Positions 31,100-45,700 of a stretch of DNA of 64,000 bases are shown here, one piece after another. Location of the stretch: assembly GCA_002269645.1 (NCBI GenBank), contig NIVC01000245.1, positions 496,001-560,000 of the forward strand, given 5' to 3'. The stretch comes from Macrostomum lignano (Eukaryota). Positions within the stretch are counted from its first letter, which is position 1. The number at the start of each line of letters is the position of its first letter. Under the pieces are notes generated by a model that saw only the letters and a program-made list of their open reading frames with translations, was not told the DNA's origin and did not search any database. The position numbers and the translations under genes were made by a program.

Positions 31100-34000
31100 A
31101 GCACAATGTCAAACATTAAAGAGCCACCATGTCGACCAGTAAAGAGCCACCATGTCGACCATTAAAGAGCCACCATGTCGAACATTAAAGAGCCACCATG
31201 TTCAACATTAAAGAGCCACCATGTCAAACATTAAAGAGCCACCATGTCAAACATTAAAGAGCCACCATGTCGAACATTAAAGAGCCACCATGTCTAACAT
31301 TAAAGAGCCACCATGTCGAAAATTAAAGAGCCACCATGTCTAACATTACAAAGCCACCATTTCAAACATTAAAGAGCCATCATGTCGAACATTAAAGAGC
31401 CACCATGTCTAACATTTAAGAGCCACCATGTCTAACATTAAAAAGCCACCATTTCAAACATTAAAGAGCCATCATGTCGAATATTAAAGAGCCACCATGT
31501 CCAACATATATGTGACTTCATGTCAAACATTAAAGAGCCACCATGTCTAACATTAAAGAGCCACCATTTCAAACATTAAAGAGCCACCATGTCTAACATT
31601 AAAGAGCCACCATGTCAAACATTAAAGAGCCACAATTTCAAACATTAAAGAGCCATCATGTCGAACATTAAAGAGCAACCATGTCTAACATTAAAGAGCA
31701 ACCATGTCTAACATTAAAGAGCCACCATGTCAAACATTAAAGAGCAACCATGTCAAACATAAAAGAGCCACCATGTCGAACATTAAAGAGCCACAATGTA
31801 GAATATTAAAGAGCCACCATGTCAAACATAAAGTGACTTTATGTAAAACATATAAGTGACTTCCTGTCAAACATATAAGTGACTTTTTGTCAAACATTAA
31901 AGAGCCACCATGTCAAACATAAAAGAGCCACCATTTCGAACATTAAAGAGCCACCATTTCGAACATTAAAGAGCCACCATGTCAAACATAAAAGAGCCAC
32001 CATGTCTAACATTAAAGAGCCACCATGTCTAACATTAAAGAGCCACCATGTCTAACATTAAAGAGCCACCATGTTGAACATTAAAGAGCCACCATGTCGA
32101 ACATTAAAGAGCCACGATGTCGAACATTAAAGAGCCACCATGTCGAACATTAAAGAGCCACCATGTCTAACATTAAAGAGCCACCATGTCGAACATTAAA
32201 GAGCCACCATGTAAAAAATAAAAGAGCCACCATGTCGAACATTAAAGAGCCACAATGTAGAATATTAAAGAGCCACCATGTCAAACATAAAGTGACTTTA
32301 TGTAAAACATATAAGTGACTTTATGTAAAACATATAAGTGACTTTATGTAAAACATATAAGTGACTTTATGTAAAACATATAAGTGACTTTCTGTCAAAC
32401 ATATAAGTGACTTTTTGTCAAACATTAAAGAGCCACCATGTCAAACATAAAAGAGCCACCATTTCGAACATTAAAGAGCCACCATTTCGAACATTAAAGA
32501 GCCACCATGTCAAACATAAAAGAGCCACCATGTCTAACATTAAAGAGCCACCATGTCTAACATTAAAGAGCCACCATGTCTAACATTAAAGAGCCACCAT
32601 GTCGAACATTAAAGAGCCACCATGTCTAACATATATGTGACTTCATGTCAAAAATTAAAGAGCCATCGTGTCGAACATTAAAGAGCCACCATGTCTAACA
32701 TTAAAGAGCCACCATGTCTAACATTAAAGAGCCACCTTGTCGAACATTAAAGAGCCACCATGTCGAACATTAAAGAGCCACCATGTCCAAAATTTATGTG
32801 ACTTCATGTCAAACATTAAAGAGCCATCATATCGAACATTAAAGAGCCACCATGTCTAACATTAAAGAGCCACCATGTCGAACATAAAAGGACCACCATG
32901 TCAAACATTAAAGAGCCACCATTTCAAACATTAAAGAGCCATCATTTCGAACATTAAAGAGCCACCATGTCTAACATTAAAGAGCCACCTTGTCGAACAT
33001 TAAAGAGCCACCATGTCGAACATTAAAGAGCCACCATGTCCAAAATTTATGTGACTTCATGTCAAACATTAAAGAGCCATCATGTCGAACATAAAAGAGC
33101 CACCATGTCAAACATAAAAGGACCACCATGTCGAACATTAAAGAGCCACCATGTCTAACATTAAAGAGCCACCATGTCGAACATTAAAGAGCCACCATGT
33201 AAAAAATAAAAGAGCCACCATGTCGAACATTAAAGAGCCACAATGTAGAATATTAAAGAGCCACCATGTCAAACATAAAGTGACTTTATGTAAAACATAT
33301 AAGTGACTTTATGTAAAACATATAAGTGACTTTATGTAAAACATATAAGTGACTTTATGTAAAACATATAAGTGACTTTCTGTCAAACATATAAGTGACT
33401 TTTTGTCAAACATTAAAGAGCCACCATGTCAAACATAAAAGAGCCACCATTTCGAACATTAAAGAGCCACCATTTCGAACATTAAAGAGCCACCATGTCA
33501 AACATAAAAGAGCCACCATGTCTAACATTAAAGAGCCACCATGTCTAACATTAAAGAGCCACCATGTCTAACATTAAAGAGCCACCATGTCGAACATTAA
33601 AGAGCCACCATGTCTAACATATATGTGACTTCATGTCAAAAATTAAAGAGCCATCGTGTCGAACATTAAAGAGCCACCATGTCTAACATTAAAGAGCCAC
33701 CATGTCTAACATTAAAGAGCCACCTTGTCGAACATTAAAGAGCCACCATGTCGAACATTAAAGAGCCACCATGTCCAAAATTTATGTGACTTCATGTCAA
33801 ACATTAAAGAGCCATCATATCGAACATTAAAGAGCCACCATGTCTAACATTAAAGAGCCACCATGTCGAACATAAAAGGACCACCATGTCAAACATTAAA
33901 GAGCCACCATTTCAAACATTAAAGAGCCATCATTTCGAACATTAAAGAGCCACCATGTCTAACATTAAAGAGCCACCTTGTCGAACATTAAAGAGCCACC

Positions 34001-36000
34001 ATGTCGAACATTAAAGAGCCACCATGTCCAAAATTTATGTGACTTCATGTCAAACATTAAAGAGCCATCATGTCGAACATAAAAGAGCCACCATGTCAAA
34101 CATAAAAGGACCACCATGTCAAACATTAAAGAGGCACCATGTCAAAAATTAACAGCCACCATGTCTAACATTAAAGAGCCACCATGTTGAACATTAAAGA
34201 GCCACCATGTCGAACATTAAAGAGCCACGATGTCGAACATTAAAGAGCCACCATGTCGAACATTAAAGAGCCACCATGTCTAACATTAAAGAGCCACCAT
34301 GTCAAACATTAAAGAGCCACCATGTCAAACATAAAAGAGCCACCATGTCGAACATTAAAGAGCCACAATGTAGAATATTAAAGAGCCACCATGTCAAACA
34401 TAAAGTGACTTTATGTAAAACATATAAGTGACTTTATGTAAAACATATAAGTGACTTTCTGTCAAACATATAAGTGACTTTTTGTCAAACATTAAAGAGC
34501 CACCATGTCAAACATAAAAGAGCCACCATTTCGAACATTAAAGAGCCACCATGTCAAACATAAAAGAGCCATCATATCAAACATTTAAGAGCCACTTTGT
34601 CTAACATTAAAGAGCCACCATGTCAAACATTAGAGAGCCACCATGTCAAACATAAAAGAGCCATCATGTCAAACATTTAAGAGCCACTTTGTCTAACATT
34701 AAAGAGCCATCATGTCAAACATTTAAGAGCCACTTTGTCTAACATTAAAGAGCCACCATGTCAAACATTAGAGAGCCACCATGTCAAACATAAAAGAGCC
34801 ATCATGTCAAACATTTAAGAGCCACTATGTCTAACATTAAAGAGCCACCATGTCAAACATTAAAGAGCCCCCATGTCAGACATTGAAAAGCCACCGTATC
34901 AAACATAAAAGAGTTACCATGTAGAACATAAAAGAGCCATCATATCAACAAAAAGGAGCCACCATGTCAAACATAAAAGAGCCACCATGTCAACATAAAA
35001 GAGCCACCATGTCAAACATAAAAGAGCCACCATGCCAAACAAAAAAGAGCCATCATGTCGAACATAAAAGAGCCACCATTTCGAACATAAAAGAGCCACC
35101 ATGTCAAACATATACTATACGTGTCTCTATGTCAAACATTAAAGCGCCATCATGGTGAAAATTAAAGAGCCACCCTCTCAAACATAAAAGAGCCACTATG
35201 TCAAACATATATGTGACTCCATGTCAAACATTAAACATAAAAGAGAGACCATGTCAAAACATTATTGAGCCACCATGTCAAAACATTATTGAGCCACCAT
35301 GTCAAAACATTATTGAGCCACCATGTCAAACATTAAAAAGCTTGTTTGTTTACTCATAAAAGAGATAAAACACATAAAAGAGCCACCATGTCAAACATAT
35401 ATGACTCCATGTCAAACCTTAAACATAAAAAAGACACCATGTCACACATAAGGGAGCCGCCATGTCAAACATAGAAGAGCCACCATGTCGAACATTAAAG
35501 AGCCACCATTTCAAACATTAAAAAGCTATGATGTCAAACACAAAAGAGCCACCATGTCAAACATAGAAGAGACACCATGGCAAACATAGAGGAGCCACCA
35601 TGTCAAACAATAAAGAGCTACCATGTCAAACATAGAAGAGCCACCATGTCAAACATTAAAGAGCTATCATGTCAAACACAAAAGAGCCACCACGTCAAAT
35701 ATAGAAGACACCATGTCAAATATAGAAGAGCCACCATGTCAAACATTAAAGAGCTATCATGTCAAACACAAAAGAGCTACCATGTCAAACATAGAAGAGC
35801 CACCATGTCAAACATTAAAGAGCTATCATGTCAAACACAAAAGAGCTACCATGTCAAACATAGAAGAGCCACCATGTCAAACATTAAAGGGCCACCCTGT
35901 CAAACACAAAAGAGCTACCATGACAAATATAGAAGAGCCACCATGTCAAACATTAAAGAGCCACCATGTCAAACATTAAAGAGCCACCTCTTAAAAAAAA
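31100..36000 (+). repeat. 23-bp minisatellite (gagccaccatgtc(a/g/t)aacat(t/a)aaa), about 210 copies, with internal duplications of about 1 kb
   Basis: Read directly; the marker cacaatgtagaat recurs 988 bp apart (32251 and 33239). Confidence 0.95.
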
Positions 36001-36099
36001 GAGACACCATTTCAAACATAAAAAGAAGTGTCATGCCAAACAAAATGGAACCATTATAAAGCTAAGGAAATTGCTGCACTAGCTACTTGTTCTCTGGTG

Positions 36100-36900
36100 G
36101 ATGCTTGCTATTTAAGGATGGATAGTTGCTATCAGGGGGATGCTTGCTCTTGGGGGTGGAGAGTACTTGCTATCTGAGAGGGGGTTGCTAGATATCTATA
36201 AGGTCTCTTTGTATCCAGGTTATGCTTGCTCAGGGTTTGCTTGCTGTCTGGGGGATTCTTGCGATCTGGGGGATGCTTGCTATCTGGGGGATGCTTGCTA
36301 TCTGGGGGATGCTTACTATCTGGGGTCTGGGGGAATGCTTGGTATCTGGGGATGCTTGCTATCTGGGGGATGCTTGCTATCTGGGGGATGCTTGCTATCT
36401 GGGGGATGCTTACTATCTGGGGTCTGGGGAATGCTTGGTATCTGGGGGATGCTTGCTATCTGGGGGATGCTTGCTATCTGGGGGATGCTTGCTATCTGGG
36501 GGATGCTTGCTATCTGGGGGATGCTTGCTATCTGGGGGATGCTTGCTATCTGTGGGATGCTTACTATCTGGGGTCTGGGGGAATGCTTGCTATCTGGGGG
36601 ATGCTTGCTATCTGGGGTTGCTTTCTATCGGGGGATGCTTGCTATCTGGGGTTGCTTTCTATCGGGGGATGCTTGCTATCTGGGGTTGCTTTCTATCGGG
36701 GGGATGCTTGCTATCTGTGGTTGCTTTCTATCGGGGGATGCTTGCTATCTGGGGTTGCTTTCTATCGGGGGGATGCTTGCTATCTGGGGGATGCTTGCAG
36801 TCTGGGGGATGCTTGCAGTCTGGGGGATGCTTGCAGTCTGGGGGATGCTTGCTATTTGGGGATCGATGCTTGAATGCTGTCTGAGGATGCTTGCTGTCTT
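36100..36900 (+). repeat. 18-bp G-rich minisatellite (gggggatgcttgctatct) of unit 1; shorter blocks at about 39330-39570, 49280-49420, 59100-59510
   Basis: Read directly from the sequence. Confidence 0.93.
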
Positions 36901-37028
36901 GGGATGTTTTGTTTTTAAGAGGGAATGTCTGTTGTTTTTTATGAAGGCTTTTTTTGCTGTCTATTTGTTATTTGTAAAGAACAAGGATTCTATCCAGATG
37001 TCCCCCATCGGGGGGCAAAGATTGCTAG

Positions 37029-39709
37029 TCCAATATACTAAAAATGAGTTGTCTGTATGTATGTATGTGGGTAGGTATGCGATAGATTTCAGAAAAAAAT
37101 GGCTCAACCGATTTTCTTCAAACTTGCACCATTTGATCAGAAATTTTCCTGGGACGGTACATGCATCTTGGCTAAGAAATTGCTCAATTTTAAAGGGATT
37201 AAATATTCGAAAAACATGCTTTTTTGCAAAGGTCAAGCAGCTCTTTCGACTTGAAATGCATTGTAAAAATGCGAGAGAAAAAACTGACTGACTGAATTTC
37301 AATTGTGATAAAGATTGCATCACAACCAGTTGAAAACAGTGTCGAAAAAATGCACACAAAACTTGATTGAAATTGCGTAACCATATTGCTAACTTAAATT
37401 GAGACTGATACTGGCTGACTGAGAAATTGATTATGTCATAACTTTTTACTCTAACTGACTTGCTATAAGAATTGAATTATAAGGGCCACAATTCATCTTC
37501 TCCAATTGAAAAGAGATAGCCCCGATGCGAACAGACTGGAATGCTAATGTAGCGACCTGGGTTCGAATCTTAGAAGCGCAAAATAATTTTTTTATTAAAA
37601 CACCTTAAAAACAAAAAAAACTGCTAAACATAAAAAAAGCGCAATAGAAGAGCCACCATGTCAAACCTAAACCACCATGTCGAATATAAAAGAGCCACCA
37701 TATCGAACATAAAAGAGTTACCATGTTAAAAATTAAAGAGCCACCATGTCAAACATTAAAGAGCCACCTTGTCAAACATAAAACAGCCACCATTTCGAAA
37801 ATTAAAGAGCCACCATGTTGAACATTAAAGAGCCACTATGTCGAACATTAAAGAGCCACCATGTAAAACACTAAAGAGCCACCATATCAAACATTAAAGA
37901 GCCACCATGTCAAGCATAAAAGAGCCACCATGTGAAGCATAAAAGAGCCACCATGTCGAACATAAAAGAGCCACCATGTCAAACATTAAAGAGCCACCAT
38001 GTCAAACATATACGTGACTCCATGTCAAGCATAAAAGAGCCACCATGTCAAACATTAAAGAGCCACCATGTCAAAAATTAAAGAGCCAACATGTCAAACA
38101 TTAAAGAGCCACCATGTAAAGCATATATGTGACTCCATGCCAAATATATACATGACTCCATGTCTAACACATACGTGACTCCATGTCAAACATCAAAGAG
38201 CCATCATGTCAAACAATAAAGAGCCACAATGTAGAACATTAAAGAGCCACCATGTAGAACATTAAAGAGCTACAATGTAGAACATTAAAGAGCCACAATG
38301 TAGAACATTAAAGAGCCACAATGTCAAACATTAAAGAGCCAAAATATGTAGAACATTAAAGAGCCACAATGTCAAGCATTAAAGAGCCACCATGTAGAAC
38401 ATTAAAGAGCCACAATGTAGAACATTAAAGAGCCATGATGTCAAACATTATAAAGCCATCATGTCAAACAATAAAGAGCCACAATGTAGAACATTAACGA
38501 GCCACCACGTCAAACATTAAAGAGTCATCATGTCAAACAATAAAGAGCCACCATGTCGAAGATTAAAGAGCCACAATATGTAGAGCATTAAAGAGCCACA
38601 ATGTCAGGCATTAAAGAGCTACCATGTAGAACATTAAAGAGCCACAATGTAGAGCATTAAAGAGCCACCATGTCGAACATTAAAGAGCCACCATGTCTAA
38701 CATATACGTGACTCCATGTCAAACACATACGTGACTCCATGTCAAACATTAAAGAGCCACCATGTCAAAAATTAAGAGCCACTATGTCAAACATTAAAGA
38801 GCCACCATATCGAACACTAAAGAGCCACCATGTCAAACATATACGTGACTCCATGCCAAACATTAAAGAGCCACCCTGTCGAACGTTAAAGAGCCACAAT
38901 ATGTAGAACATTAAAGAGCCACAATGTAGAACATTATAGAGCCACCATGTCAAACACTAAAGAGCCACCATGTAGAACATTAAAGAGCCACAATGTAGAA
39001 CATTAACGAGCCACGATGTCAAACATAAAAGAGCTACCAAGTTAGACATAGAAGAGCCACCATGTGAAACATATATGTGACTCCATGTCAAACATTAAAG
39101 AGCCACCGTTTCTAACAGTAAGGAGCCACCATGACAGACATAAAACTGGCAAGATGTCAAACATTAAAGAGCCACGATGTAGAACATTAAAAAGCCACCA
39201 ATTCAAACATAAAAAAGTCACCATTTCAAACACAGGAGAGACATTTTCAAACGTAATAAGAAGCGTCATGCCAATCATAAAGGAGCCCCTAGAAAGCTAA
39301 AAGGAAATGTTGCACTATATACTTTTTGTCTGGTGGATGCTTGCTATTTAAGGATAGATACTTGCTATCTGGGGGTTCTTTCTATCTGGGGTGCTTGCTA
39401 TCTGAGGGATGCTTGCTATCTGGGGGTGCTTGCTATCTGGGAGTGCTTGCTATCTGGGGGTGCTTGCTATCTGGGGGTGCTTGCTATCTGGGGGTGCTTG
39501 CTATCTGGGTGCTTGCTATCTGGGGGTGCTTGCTATCTGGGGGGGAGGGGGGATGCTTGCTGTTTTGGGATGTTTTCTTTTTGCATTGCGCTTCATTTGA
39601 GCAGTTTTTCTGCTGTCTTTGTGAAGACTCTATTTGGCTGTCTTTTTGTTACTTGTAGAGAACAGAAGTTCTTTCCAGATGTCCCCCATCGGGGGGCGAA
39701 GATTGCTAG
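37029..39709 (+). mobile_element. Helitron-like unit 2 (2.7 kb; 23-bp array about 37640-39230)
   Basis: Starts TCCAATATACTAAAAATGAG directly after the CTAG of unit 1; ends cccccatcggggggcgaagattgCTAG. Confidence 0.87.
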
Positions 39710-42700
39710 TCCTATATACTAAAAATGAAATGTCTGTAACTAATTAGCTATGCGATAGATTTCAGAAAAATTGGCTCAACCGATTTTCTTCAAACTTGCA
39801 CCATTCGATCAGAAATTTTCCTGGGACGGTACATGCATCTTGGCTAAGAAATTGCTCAATGTTAAAGGGATTAAATATTCGAAAAACATGCTTTTTTGCA
39901 AAGGTCAAGCCAAATTTTTTACTTGAAATGCATTGTAAGAATGCTAGAGAAAAAACTGACTGGCTGAATTACGATCGTGATAAAGATTGCATCACAACAA
40001 GTTGAAAACAGTGCCACAGAAACGCACACAAGACTTGATTGAAATTGCGTAACCATATTGCTAACTTGAATTGAGACTGATACTGGCTGACTGAGAAATT
40101 GATTATGTCACAACTTTCTACTTCAATTGACTTGCTGTAAGAATTGAATTATAAGGGCCACAATTCATGTTCTCCAAATGAAAATAGATAGCCCAGATGC
40201 GAACAGACTGGGATGCTAATGTAGTGACCTGGGTTCGAATCTTAGTAGTGCAAAAAGATTTTTTTATTAAAACACATTAAAAACACAAAACTGCTACACA
40301 TAAAAGAAGCACAATGTCAAACATAAAAGAGCCACCATGTCAAACATATATGTGACTCCATGTCAAACATATACGTGACTACATATCAAACATATACGTG
40401 ACTCCATGTCAAACATAAAAGAGCCACCATGAAAACATATACTTATGACTCTTTGTCGAACATAAAGAGCCACCATGTAAAGCATTTACGTGACTCCATG
40501 TCAAACACATACGTGACTCCATGTCAAACATTAAAGAGCCACCATGTCATATGGTAAGGAGCAACCATGTCAAACATTAAAGAGCCACTATGTCAAAAAT
40601 TAAGAGCCACTATGTCAAACATTAAAGAGCCACTATGTCAAAAATTAAAGAGCCACCATGTCAAACATATACGTGACTCCATGCCAAATATATACATGAC
40701 TCCATGTCAAACATTAAAGAGCCACTATGTCACACATTAAAGAGCCAACATGTCAAACATATATGTGACTCCATGTCAAATATATACGTGACTCCATGTC
40801 ACACATAAAAGAGCCACCATGTAAAACATATACATATGACTCCATAACAAACATTAAACAGCCACCATGTCGAACATTAAAGAGCCATTATGTCAAACAT
40901 AAAAGAGCCACCATGTCAAACATTAAAGAGCCACCATGTCAAACATATACGTGACTCCATGCCAAATATTTACATGACTCCATGTCAAACATTAAAGAGC
41001 CACTATGTCACACATTAAAGAGCCAACATGTCAAACATTAAAGAGCCACCATGTAAAGCATATATGTGACTCCATGCCAAATATATACATGACCCCATGT
41101 CTAACACATACGTGACTTAATGTCAAACATTAAGAGCCACCCTGTCGAACGTTAAAGAGCCACAATGTAGAACATTAAAGAGCCACAATGTAGAACATTA
41201 AAGAGCCACAATGTAGAACATTAAAGAGCCATGATGTCAAACATTAAAAAGCCATCATGTCAAACAATAAAGAGCCACAATGTAGAACATTAAAGAGCCA
41301 CAATGTCAAACATTAAAGAGCCACCATGTCGAAGATTAAAGAGCCACAATATGTAGAACATTAAAGAGCCACAATGTAGAACATTAAAAAGCCACAATTT
41401 CGAACAATAAAGAGCCACAATGTCCAACATTAAAGAGCCACCATGTCGAACATTAAAGAGCCACCATGTCTAACATAAAAGAGCCACCATGTCAAACATA
41501 AAAGGGCCACCATTTCAAACAGAAAAGAGCCACCATGTCAAACATATATGTGACTCCATGTCAAACAGTAAAGAGCCACCATGTCAAGCATAAAAGAGCC
41601 ACCATGTCGAACATAAAAGAACCACCATGTCCAACATAAAAGAGTCACCATGTCAAGCATTAAGGAGCCGCAATGTCAAACATTAGAGAGCCACCATGTC
41701 GAACACAGAAGAGCCACCATGTCAAACATAAAAGAGCCACCATGTCGAACATTAAAGAGCCACCATGTAAAACATATACATGCTATCAAACATTAAAGAG
41801 CCACCATGTCAAACATATATATGACTCCATGTCGAACATTAAAGAGCCACCATGTCAAACATTAAAGAGCCACCATGTCTAACATTCAAGAGCCACTATG
41901 TCGAACATAACAGAGACAACATTTCAAACATAAAAGAGCTATCATGTCAAACATAAAAGAGCCACCATGTCGAACATAAAAGAGCCACCATGTCGAACAT
42001 AAAAGAGCCACCATGTCGAACATTAAAGAGCCACCATGTCAAACATAAAAGAGCCACCATGTCAAACATAAAAGAGCCACCATGTCGAACATTAAAGAGC
42101 CACCATGTCAAACATTAAAGAGCCACCATGTCGAACATTAAAGAGCCACCATGTCAAACTTGAAACAGCAACCATGTCAAACAGTAAAGAGCCACCATGT
42201 CAAGCATAAAAGAGCCACCATGTCTAACATAAAAGAACCATCATGTCGAACATAAAAGAGCCACCATGTCGAACATAAAAGAGCCACCATGTCAAACATT
42301 AAAGAGCCATCATGTCTAACATTAAAGAGCCACCATGTCTAACATTAAAGAGCCACCATGTCTAACATGAAAGAGCCACCATGTCTAACATTAAAGAGCC
42401 ACCATGTCGAACATTAAAGAGCCACCATGTCTAACATAAAAGAGCCACCATGTCAAACATAAAAGGGCCACCATTTCAAACATAAAAGAGCCACCATGTC
42501 AAACATATATGTGACTCCATGTCAAACAGTAAAGAGCCACCATGTCAAGCATAAAAGAGCCACTATGTCGAACATAAAAGAACCACCATGTCCAACATAA
42601 AAGAGCCACCATGTCAAGCATTAAGGAGCCGCAATGTCAAACATTAGAGAGCCACCATGTCGAACACAGAAGAGCCACCATGTCAAACATAAAAGAGCCA

Positions 42701-45700
42701 CCATGTCGAACATTAAAGAGCCACCATGTCAAACATAAAAGAGCCACCATGTCAAACATAAAAGAGCCACCATGTCAAACATATATGTGACTCCATGTCA
42801 AACAGTAAAGAGCCACCATGTCAAGCATAAAAGAGCCACTATGTCGAACATAAGAGAACCACCATGTCGAACATAAAAAAGCCACCATGTCAAACATTAA
42901 AGAGCCATAATGTCAAAAATTAAAGCGGCACCATGTCGAACATTAAAGAGCCACCATGTCTAACATATTTGTGACTCCATGTCAAACATTATAGAGCCAC
43001 CATGTCAAACATTAAAGAACCACCATGTCTAACATAAAAGAGCCACCATGTCAAACATAAAAGGGCCACCATTTCAAACATAAAAGAGCCACCATGTCAA
43101 ACATATATGTGACTCCATGTCAAACAGTAAAGAGCCACCATGTCAAGCAAAAAAAAGGGCCACCATGTCGAACATAAAAGAACCACCATGTCCAACATAA
43201 AAGAGCCACCATGTCAAGCATTAAGGAGCCGCAATGTCAAACATTAGAGAGCCACCATGTCGAACACAGAAGAGCCACCATGTCAAACATAAAAGAGCCA
43301 CCATGTCGAACATTAAAGAGCCACCATGTAAAACATATACATGCTATCAAACATTAAAGAGCCACCATGTCAAACATATATATGACTCCATGTCGAACAT
43401 TAAAGAGCCACCATGTCAAACATTAAAGAGCCACCATGTCTAAAATTCAAGAGCCACTATGTCGAACATAACAGAGACAACATTTCAAACATAAAAGAGC
43501 TATCATGTCAAACATAAAAGAGCCACCATGTCGAACATAAAAGAGCCACCATGTCGAACATAAAAGAGCCACCATGTCGAACATTAAAGAGCCACCATGT
43601 CAAACATAAAAGAGCCACCATGTCAAACATAAAAGAGCCACCATGTCGAACATTAAAGAGCCACCATGTCAAACATTAAAGAGCCACCATGTCGAACATT
43701 AAAGAGCCACCATGTCAAACTTGAAACAGCAACCATGTCAAACAGTAAAGAGCCACCATGTCAAGCATAAAAGAGCCACCATGTCTAACATAAAAGAACC
43801 ATCATGTCGAACATAAAAGAGCCACCATGTCGAACATAAAAGAGCCACCATGTCAAACATTAAAGAGCCATCATGTCTAACATTAAAGAGCCACCATGTC
43901 TAACATTAAAGAGCCACCATATCTAACATGAAAGAGCCACCATGTCTAACATTAAAGAGCCACCATGTCGAACATTAAAGAGCCACCATGTCTAACATAA
44001 AAGAGCCACCATGTCAAACATAAAAGGGCCACCATTTCAAACATAAAAGAGCCACCATGTCAAACATATATGTGACTCCATGTCAAACAGTAAAGAGCCA
44101 CCATGTCAAGCATAAAAGAGCCACCATGTCGAACATAAAAGAACCACCATGTCCAACATAAAAGAGCCACCATGTCAAGCATTAAGGAGCCGCAATGTCA
44201 AACATTAGAGAGCCACCATGTCGAACACAGAAGAGCCACCATGTCAAACATAAAAGAGCCACCATGTCGAACATTAAAGAGCCACCATGTCAAACATAAA
44301 AGAGCCACCATGTCAAACATAAAAGAGCCACCATGTCAAACATATATGTGACTCCATGTCAAACAGTAAAGAGCCACCATGTCAAGCATAAAAGAGCCAC
44401 TATGTCGAACATAAGAGAACCACCATGTCGAACATAAAAAAGCCACCATGTCAAACATTAAAGAGCCATAATGTCAAAAATTAAAGCGGCACCATGTCGA
44501 ACATTAAAGAGCCACCATGTCTAACATATTTGTGACTCCATGTCAAACATTATAGAGCCACCATGTCAAACATTAAAGAGCCACCATGTCTAACATAAAA
44601 GAGCCACCATGTCAAACATAAAAGGGCCACCATTTCAAACATAAAAGAGCCACCATGTCAAACATATATGTGACTCCATGTCAAACAGTAAAGAGCCACC
44701 ATGTCAAGCATAAAAGAGCCACCATGTCGAACATAAAAGAACCACCATGTCCAACATAAAAGAGCCACCATGTCAAGCATTAAGGAGCCGCAATGTCAAA
44801 CATTAGAGAGCCACCATGTCGAACACAGAAGAGCCACCATGTCAAACATAAAAGAGCCACCATGTCGAACATTAAAGAGCCACCATGTAAAACATATACA
44901 TGCTATCAAACATTAAAGAGCCACCATGTCGAACATTAAAGAGCCACCATGTCGAACATAAAAGAGCCACCATGTCGAACATTAAAGAGCCACCATGTCA
45001 AACATAAAAGAGCCACCATGTCAAACATAAAAGAGCCACCATTTCGAACATTAAAGAGCCACCATGTCAAACATTAAAGAGCCACCATGTCGAACATTAA
45101 AGAGCCACCATGTCAAACTTGAAACAGCAACCATGTCAAACAGTAAAGAGCCACCATGTCAAGCATAAAAGAGCCACCATGTCTAACATAAAAGAACCAT
45201 CATGTCGAACATAAAAGAGCCACCATGTCGAACATAAAAGAGCCACCATGTCAAACATTAAAGAGCCATCATGTCTAACATTAAAGAGCCACCATGTCTA
45301 ACATTAAAGAGCCACCATGTCTAACATGAAAGAGCCACCATGTCTAACATTAAAGAGCCACCATGTCGAACATTAAAGAGCCACCATGTCTAACATAAAA
45401 GAGCCACCATGTCAAACATAAAAGGGCCACCATTTCAAACATAAAAGAGCCACCATGTCAAACATATATGTGACTCCATGTCAAACAGTAAAGAGCCACC
45501 ATGTCAAGCATAAAAGAGCCACCATGTCGAACATAAAAGAACCACCATGTCCAACATAAAAGAGCCACCATGTCAAGCATTAAGGAGCCGCAATGTCAAA
45601 CATTAGAGAGCCACCATGTCGAACACAGAAGAGCCACCATGTCAAACATAAAAGAGCCACCATGTCGAACATTAAAGAGCCACCATGTCAAACATAAAAG

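Larger units (their letters stand above)
30494..37028 (+). mobile_element. Non-autonomous Helitron-like unit 1 (6.5 kb)
   Basis: A|TC 5' end. The conserved head of about 600 bp contains ggctcaaccgattttcttcaaact. It is followed by the 23-bp and 18-bp arrays, then hairpin cccccatcggggg and CTAG. No Rep/helicase ORF. Confidence 0.85.
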